From: an uncultured Nitrososphaerota archaeon
GTDB lineage: Archaea; Thermoproteota; Nitrososphaeria; Nitrososphaerales; Nitrosopumilaceae
DNA length: 32,000 nt
Direction of reading: 5' to 3'
NCBI GenBank assembly: GCA_963701075.1
Contig: OY969559.1
Location: 1,486,639 to 1,518,638 of the forward strand
Shown: positions 27,084-32,000 of the stretch, piece after piece
Layout of the letters: the number at the start of each line of letters is the position of its first letter
Position numbering within the stretch: the stretch's first letter is position 1
Position numbers and translations under genes: made by a program
The notes under the pieces: model-generated
Seen by the model: only the letters and a program-made list of their open reading frames with translations
What the model was told of the DNA's origin: nothing
Database searches by the model: none

Positions 27084-27255
27084 AATATAATTACGTCAGT
27101 ATTGATCTTAAACTATCTTTAAATCATAACGTGTCTATTACGTGAGTTGAGAACTTTTGTTCGTAAAGTTGGGGTTTTTATTTTTGCTTGCTGTCTACAA
27201 AAAGACAGCCCCATCAGGCCTAGAAATTTCCGTATGACTTGCAGTCACGTTGTGG

Positions 27256-27486
27256 TTAATCTCCTTTTTTTCCTCTGAGCAGTTCTGACATGTCACCTAA
27301 AAGGTAAATGAATCCTATTGCAAACATTGTACCTGAAATCATCAGTAATGCAAAACCTAGAAAATCAACTTGAGAGTAATTTTCAATATTGGCGCCATTT
27401 AGATAGTTCCATGATTCGTAAAGCCCAACTATTGATACCGTGGTCAGAATAATTTCAAACAGCATTGTTTTTCCTGTCATGGTCAA
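27256..27486 (-). CDS. small two-TM membrane protein
   Basis: 76 aa with two hydrophobic segments and a basic C-terminus. Start is TTG 27486 or ATG 27480. Lies 43 nt downstream of the 27530-27712 gene on the same strand. Confidence 0.5.
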   Translation of the reverse strand: MTMTGKTMLFEIILTTVSIVGLYESWNYLNGANIENYSQVDFLGFALLMISGTMFAIGFIYLLGDMSELLRGKKGD

Positions 27487-27529
27487 AATATTCCTCTTTC
27501 TTTTTCTTCCAAGTCCATAATCTGTTCTT

Positions 27530-27712
27530 CTACTGACTTATATTGACATTCTCGTATGACATATTTTTGCCATACCATTCTTCGATCTCAGGTTCTTTGA
27601 ATGAGTCGGTGGTATTTTTGAGAACAATGTTTGAATCTTTTACGTTTATTGAAAAACCGTAGCCCTTTAGGAATTTTATATTGTAATAATTTCGTTTTTC
27701 TATCTGTGTCAT
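27530..27712 (-). CDS. small protein, KFLKGYGFSINVK family, copy A
   Basis: 60 aa: MTQIEKRNYYNIKFLKGYGFSINVKDSNIVLKNTTDSFKEPEIEEW.... Paralogous to 29281-29427. Of 11 codon differences between the copies in the conserved core, 5 are synonymous third-position changes, which supports coding. The start lies 8 nt after the stop of the upstream membrane-protein gene. Confidence 0.55.
   Translation of the reverse strand: MTQIEKRNYYNIKFLKGYGFSINVKDSNIVLKNTTDSFKEPEIEEWYGKNMSYENVNISQ
27612..27697. repeat. dispersed direct repeat, copy A (pairs with 29327-29412)
   Basis: gtatttttgagaa...ttttacgtttattgaaaa(a/g)ccgtagcc(c/t)tttaggaatttta... is shared at about 85% identity. It corresponds to the 5' coding part of the small KFLKGYGFSINVK genes. 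Confidence 0.8.
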
Positions 27713-27720
27713 AAATAAAA

Positions 27721-28122
27721 TTATTCCAACAATTTGCCGGTGACGGCACCAACAAAATTAATTTGACTACCATGTTCGCTACTTATTGAAAAATAACATT
27801 CCCAAGTGACTTCCCAGACATACTCGTTATTCTCGTGATTCTTAAATGGAGAGGCAATAGCCAAAGACATATCCTTCATAGTTCTTTCATCTACGGCAAA
27901 CAGAGTATCGTTTTTTACATGAAGTAAGTGTATGCCTACATTACGTAATTCATTAGGACTATTGTCTGCACAAAGAGATCTCTGCATGGCAACGTCAAAC
28001 GCTTTCTGTTTGGATAAAAAATGTGGATTTCCAAGATAGTCAAAGAGAATCAACAGTCCGCTGATTATGCCGATTGAAAAAATAACAATTGTTGCAACAG
28101 TAATTGGTTTTTTTCTCATCAC
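27721..28122 (-). CDS. membrane-anchored protein, possibly PepSY-like ectodomain
   Basis: 133 aa with N-terminal TM ITVATIVIFSIGIISGLLILF. The C-terminal YVWEVTWE...INFVGAVTGKLLE resembles the PepSY ending (Y-x-V...VDA-x-TG-x-L). Preceded by the conserved promoter module 28127-28165. Confidence 0.5.
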   Translation of the reverse strand: MMRKKPITVATIVIFSIGIISGLLILFDYLGNPHFLSKQKAFDVAMQRSLCADNSPNELRNVGIHLLHVKNDTLFAVDERTMKDMSLAIASPFKNHENNEYVWEVTWECYFSISSEHGSQINFVGAVTGKLLE

Positions 28123-28126
28123 ATGA

Positions 28127-28165
28127 CATTACTTTCGTAATGATTTAACCACTTTCCAACAAATC
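28127..28165 (-). promoter_or_regulatory. conserved promoter module, second copy
   Basis: Minus-strand reading: GATTTGTTGGAAAGTGGTTAAATCATTACGAAAGTAATG, directly upstream of the start at 28122/28119. Confidence 0.5.
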
Positions 28166-28322
28166 CCACGACCATAATGACTCTAGGTATGACGCCTTTT
28201 CATGATGTCAGCGGCGGGGATTGCATTTTTGTAGACAAAGTAAAAATGTTTTACCCCTGTTTTACTCGTAGAAATATGTTATTGTCGCAAAACTTTAGAA
28301 GATTAGAAAATAATCAAATTCA

Positions 28323-29246
28323 ATGAATGTCATAATAGTGGTTGGAATCTGTCTGTTGATGGCATTCTCTTGTTCCAATCTTGTTTTTGCACAAAAAGTT
28401 CTCACAAATCCCAATATTACAGCCACGACTGACAAATCATCCTACATCTTTGGTGATACAATTGTAATTTCTGGCACTGTTAAAACTGTTCTACAGGGAA
28501 ATATTATGACCATCCAAATTTTAGATCCCTATAGTAATTTAATTCAGACAGCACAGGGTAGCGTTGCTCAAGATGGCTCTTATGCAGACGCTGTGGAGAT
28601 AGCCGGCACTGGGTGGAAATCAAGTGGTGTTTATACAGTTCTAGTTCAATATGGTTCTGAAGTTCAAACCCAAACAACTTTTGCATTTACGGCAACAACG
28701 GCTCCGATCAATGATACATTCCAAGTACAAATTCCAAATAATAGTCAGATCTTTAATGTGCCATATACAATATTCGGAGGATCAGTGACGAACATGTCTG
28801 TTAATGCCTTGAATCCTTCTCTGACTGTATCCATACTACCAGTTAATTACGGCACAATTACACTTTCGCTCCCACGGTCTTTGCTTGATGCAAAGACAAG
28901 TAATGGTACGGACGAACCGTTTACCATCTTAATTGATGGTATACAAATTATACCACAAAAAGAACAAGTGACTTCAAGTGATAGAACTTTGTCAATACAG
29001 TTCCTGCGAGGAGATAAAAATATCCAAATTATTGGTACCAGTGTGACACCTCAAAATAATTCTACTATTAACACGCCAAGCACAAATTTGACCACAAGTC
29101 AACAACCATCCGCACAAGTCACTAACATGTCAAAACCTATTTCGGCAGTACCTGAATTTCCTAATGGAATAATCCCCTTTATAGCTGCATTAATCGTCAT
29201 GGTTGTACTTACAAGAACTACGTTTAGACAAATAATTAGGACATGA
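28323..29246 (+). CDS. secreted surface protein with PEF-CTERM-like sorting signal
   Basis: Signal peptide MNVIIVVGICLLMAFSCSNLVFAQ, a beta-rich body and an S/T/N/Q-rich linker. The C-terminus is VPEFPNGIIPFIAALIVMVVLTRTTFRQ: PEF motif, TM, then a basic tail. Confidence 0.8.
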   Translation: MNVIIVVGICLLMAFSCSNLVFAQKVLTNPNITATTDKSSYIFGDTIVISGTVKTVLQGNIMTIQILDPYSNLIQTAQGSVAQDGSYADAVEIAGTGWKSSGVYTVLVQYGSEVQTQTTFAFTATTAPINDTFQVQIPNNSQIFNVPYTIFGGSVTNMSVNALNPSLTVSILPVNYGTITLSLPRSLLDAKTSNGTDEPFTILIDGIQIIPQKEQVTSSDRTLSIQFLRGDKNIQIIGTSVTPQNNSTINTPSTNLTTSQQPSAQVTNMSKPISAVPEFPNGIIPFIAALIVMVVLTRTTFRQIIRT

Positions 29247-29280
29247 TTCTAAAGTTATGAACGAGTCAATGCCGATCTCT

Positions 29281-29427
29281 TTAAATTATTTCGAGAAAAC
29301 TGAAGTGTGAATTGAATGGGTCAGATGTATTTTTGAGAAATATTTTAGAGTTTTTTACGTTTATTGAAAAGCCGTAGCCTTTTAGGAATTTTACGTTGTA
29401 GTGATTTTGTTTCCCTTTAAGAGTCAA
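29281..29427 (-). CDS. small protein, KFLKGYGFSINVK family, copy B (48 aa)
   Basis: (TTG)TLKGKQNHYNVKFLKGYGFSINVKNSKIFLKNTSDPFNSHFSFLEII*. The TTG start overlaps the TGA stop of the 29424-29894 gene (TTGA). About 85% nt identity to copy A over about 86 nt. Not in the ORF track (under 60 aa). Confidence 0.45.
   Translation of the reverse strand: MTLKGKQNHYNVKFLKGYGFSINVKNSKIFLKNTSDPFNSHFSFLEII
29327..29412. repeat. dispersed direct repeat, copy B (pairs with 27612-27697)
   Basis: See copy A. Same orientation, about 1.7 kb apart. Confidence 0.8.
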
Positions 29428-29894
29428 TTTGGATGTAATACGATTGAAACGAATCCATAAGTTAGAAGACCCATGCCGAGAATTTCAAAAAATACTACTA
29501 TGATTATCCATTTTGCTTGTTTGAATTCGTCTTCCGTCACTCTCTTTCTGCCAATAGAAATGTAATACACAAACCAAATCATGTCTATGCAAACTATCAT
29601 TCCACCAAGCGAATATTTGCCAAGGTCACTAACAGCTACTAATCGAAAAGATGCGATAGTAGGCACAATTCCAAGAATCAAAACTTCCATGGATTCGATT
29701 AGATAATGATTTACCTTTGGGATACGTCTTACAAAAATCAAAAATAAACCAAAGACAGAGAAGCCAATGACAGTAACAAGATCTTTCCATTCTTGATCTA
29801 GTTTCAAATATGCGTCAAAAACAGCACGTAATAGAATGAATAATGCCGTAACCAGCAATATGGTAATAACTATGGAACGTGGCTTGAGTTTCAC
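29424..29894 (-). CDS. polytopic membrane protein (about 5 TM), function unknown
   Basis: 156-aa ORF with a GTG start and five hydrophobic segments. Preceded by the conserved promoter module 29899-29939. Confidence 0.55.
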   Translation of the reverse strand: MKLKPRSIVITILLVTALFILLRAVFDAYLKLDQEWKDLVTVIGFSVFGLFLIFVRRIPKVNHYLIESMEVLILGIVPTIASFRLVAVSDLGKYSLGGMIVCIDMIWFVYYISIGRKRVTEDEFKQAKWIIIVVFFEILGMGLLTYGFVSIVLHPN

Positions 29895-29898
29895 AGAG

Positions 29899-29939
29899 TT
29901 ATTACTTTTATCATGATCTTAAATCATTTCCAACAAATC
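29899..29939 (-). promoter_or_regulatory. conserved promoter module, third copy
   Basis: Minus-strand reading: GATTTGTTGGAAATGATTTAAGATCATGATAAAAGTAATAA. The TATA-like octamer lies 22-29 nt upstream of GTG 29894. Confidence 0.5.
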
Positions 29940-30000
29940 ATACTTTCGTTATTACCTAGTTAGCTTCAATTTCCACGCCTAAACGGGGGGTTTACTATTT

Positions 30001-32000
30001 TTACTCTTTATCTACAAACTCATCTGCTGTCGGAGGTTCTGGACTGAGACCCTTTCTCTTTCTAAGATCAGCCACGATGGTTGACAGGATAGAGTTTGGA
30101 ACTGGCGTCCATGCCTTAAAGTGAGTGTTCCACATTGCTTTTCCTGCAGTCTGCCCACGCATTACCTCAGACAAGTCAAATGTTTCAGATGCAGGAATCT
30201 CTCCAGTGATAATATTTACAACACCTTTTTGTTCCATGTTTAGAACCTTGCCCCTCTTTCCTGATATGACACCTGCTACGTTGCCAATGAGTTCTTGCGG
30301 AATCCTGACCTCAATTCCAAGTGTTGGCTCTAGCAGTACTGGTTGAGCAAGCAACATTGCACCCATGCATGCACGCCTTGATGCAGGTCCTAGTTGTGAC
30401 AGACCTCGGTGTGCCGGGTCTTCGTGTGGTACAAAATGATGGAATGTAAACTTGCATCCCCTTACCTGTTCTCGAGTAAGTGGGCCTTCCTTCATGGTAT
30501 CATCAAATCCTGAAAGTATAGAATCGGTTGATTCCTGAACAAACTGGACACCTTTTGTGCCGTCAACCATAACATTTCCTCTGGGATCAAACCTCATCAC
30601 ACGTTTTGCGTCGTCTCCGTCCCAGCCGACTTCTTTCAATATCTTTTGTACTTCCTTCTTGTCTTTGTATTCATTTAGTGTGCCGTTTCTTATCATCTCA
30701 GCTACCTTCTCGTCGAGCGGTTCTACTTTCAGAAATATCTTGTTGTGTCTGTTAGGTGATTTTGCCATGATAGGTCCTGCAGAACCACGAATTGTCTCCC
30801 TATAATTTATCAAAGGTTGCGAAGTGACAATATCCACTTTGGCATCTGCAATCAATGCTGTTGCAATCTCAAGGTGAAGCACACCCATGCCGGCAATCAC
30901 AGTCTCTCCGCTTTCCTCGTTTATCTTTACGACCAAGTTGGGGTCTTCAATTGTAATTCTGTTTAGTGCCTCGACAAGTTTTGGCAAGTCTTTTGGATGT
31001 TTTGGTTCTACTGCAATTTGCACAACTGGTTCGGACACATACTGGATTCCCTCAAATGTATGAACGCCTGCTACTGTAGATATTGTCTGGCCTGCCCTTG
31101 CATATTCCAATCCCAAAAGTGCCGGAATGTTTCCTGCTGCAAGTTCTCCTACCATCTCTCGCTGGTTGCCCATGAAAAAGTTGACAGACTGGATTCTTCC
31201 CTCTCGTTTTGTATCAATGATATGAATCCTGTCACCATCTTTTATCTTGCCAGAAAATAATCTCCCTATTGCCACAGGACCAGCGGCCGGGTCAACTGTC
31301 ATGTTTACAATCATCATTATGGCAGGGCCATTATCGTCACAACTGAGCAGTGCCTTTCCAATGTCAGAGTCAAGATCACCTTTCCAAATCTTTGGAATTC
31401 TATACCTTTGTGCAACGTCAGGCGGTGGATGATGTTTTACTACCATTCCAAGAACTGCATCATATAGCGGAGCCTTTTCTGCAAGATCCTTGACACTTCC
31501 GCCCTCAGAATAGGCAGCAAAAATATCTTTGAATGATATTCCTTTTTTCTTCATCACGTCGGCATTAAATCCCCACTTGTCCTTGGCAGAACCAAATGAG
31601 ACGCTACCGTCCTGAATGCTTACTTTCCACTTTTCCTTGTATTCAGGTTCTGCATAAATGTCAATTAGCCTGTTAAAGTTGGTCACAATCTCAAGCAGCC
31701 ATTCCTGCATCTTGTCAGGTGTTAATCTTAATTCCTTTATGAGACGGTCAATCTTGTTGATATAAAGTACTGGTCGCACCCTCTCTTCTAGCGCTTGGCG
31801 GGTTACTGTCTCGGTCTGGGTCATGATACCCTCTACAGAGTCAGATACCACAACTGCCCCATCAATTGCCCTAAGGCTTCTAGTCACACGGCCAGTAAAG
31901 TCAATGTGACCTGGAGTATCAATCATGTTGATGACATATTCTTGATCATCTTTTTCATAGAGTAGAGTAACATTTGCCTGCACGATGGTCATCTGCCTGT
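30001..32000 (-). CDS. fusA: translation elongation factor 2 (aEF-2), 5' end outside the window
   Basis: G3 DTPGHIDF, G4 NKIDR and domain II-V colinearity, with the diphthamide loop HEDPAHRG. The frame stays open past ATG 31992 to the window edge, and the G1 P-loop is missing, so the gene continues beyond 32000. Confidence 0.93.
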   Translation of the reverse strand, partial: RQMTIVQANVTLLYEKDDQEYVINMIDTPGHIDFTGRVTRSLRAIDGAVVVSDSVEGIMTQTETVTRQALEERVRPVLYINKIDRLIKELRLTPDKMQEWLLEIVTNFNRLIDIYAEPEYKEKWKVSIQDGSVSFGSAKDKWGFNADVMKKKGISFKDIFAAYSEGGSVKDLAEKAPLYDAVLGMVVKHHPPPDVAQRYRIPKIWKGDLDSDIGKALLSCDDNGPAIMMIVNMTVDPAAGPVAIGRLFSGKIKDGDRIHIIDTKREGRIQSVNFFMGNQREMVGELAAGNIPALLGLEYARAGQTISTVAGVHTFEGIQYVSEPVVQIAVEPKHPKDLPKLVEALNRITIEDPNLVVKINEESGETVIAGMGVLHLEIATALIADAKVDIVTSQPLINYRETIRGSAGPIMAKSPNRHNKIFLKVEPLDEKVAEMIRNGTLNEYKDKKEVQKILKEVGWDGDDAKRVMRFDPRGNVMVDGTKGVQFVQESTDSILSGFDDTMKEGPLTREQVRGCKFTFHHFVPHEDPAHRGLSQLGPASRRACMGAMLLAQPVLLEPTLGIEVRIPQELIGNVAGVISGKRGKVLNMEQKGVVNIITGEIPASETFDLSEVMRGQTAGKAMWNTHFKAWTPVPNSILSTIVADLRKRKGLSPEPPTADEFVDKE

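Noticed and set aside
27530-27712. The small KFLKGYGFSINVK proteins as truncated N-termini of Cas1 or a casposase
   Set aside because: The G-x-hydrophobic-x-hydrophobic-K...I-x-LKN beta-hairpin pattern superficially resembles Cas1 N-termini (for example ...GAYVYVKKNMLVIKK). However, the pattern is generic. There is no downstream Cas1 catalytic-domain remnant in any frame, and there are no CRISPR repeats, TIRs or polymerase genes nearby.
29424-29894. The 5-TM protein next to the PEF-CTERM gene as the cognate archaeosortase
   Set aside because: It has fewer TM segments than known archaeosortases. It has a single Cys in a context unlike the conserved catalytic Cys motif, and I cannot identify an Arg/His catalytic arrangement. 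Adjacency alone is insufficient.
22000-29950. The island as an integrated virus, casposon or other mobile element
   Set aside because: No integrase, transposase, Cas1, polymerase or capsid-like gene is present. There is no flanking tRNA, and no terminal inverted or direct repeats delimit the region. Only internal duplications are seen.

Overview
Visibly AT-rich archaeal chromosomal segment. It is most consistent with an ammonia-oxidising thaumarchaeon (Nitrosopumilales-like); this is an inference from the archaeal TFB, aEF-2, PurP, a nurA-herA-mre11-rad50 operon and two PEF(G)-CTERM surface proteins.

The left two thirds (1-22 kb) is mostly housekeeping:
- translationally coupled nurA-herA-mre11-rad50 DNA-end-resection operon, with a convergent HEAT-repeat protein
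- tatC-tatA
- purP
- DUF151 nuclease
- SAM methyltransferase
- DedA
- NitT/TauT-like ABC system: duplicated fused permease, ATPase and a stand-alone AAA-associated domain protein, with no binding protein
- SNF2 helicase
- DnaJ-TPR protein
- RHH-like regulator
- DUF1059 protein
- TFB paralog

The right third (22-30 kb), between TFB and a partial aEF-2, is an accessory-looking island of small membrane, secreted or metal-binding proteins:
- a multiply disrupted GNAT pseudogene hidden in an apparently ORF-free 0.7 kb gap
- a Cys/His-rich protein
- a HAF-type repeat protein (6 x 129 bp) ending in PEFG-CTERM
- a second PEF-CTERM protein
- a duplicated two-gene cassette (membrane protein plus a 48-60 aa protein with KFLKGYGFSINVK), whose copies share a conserved ~40-nt promoter module

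Four otherwise intact genes (tatA, purP, ABC permease, SNF2 helicase) each carry one apparent single-nucleotide frame disruption. Several genes can only start at TTG. No rRNA, tRNA, CRISPR array, transposase or integrase could be supported. No complete, clearly novel multi-gene system can be asserted from sequence alone; the duplicated cassette in the island is the best candidate.
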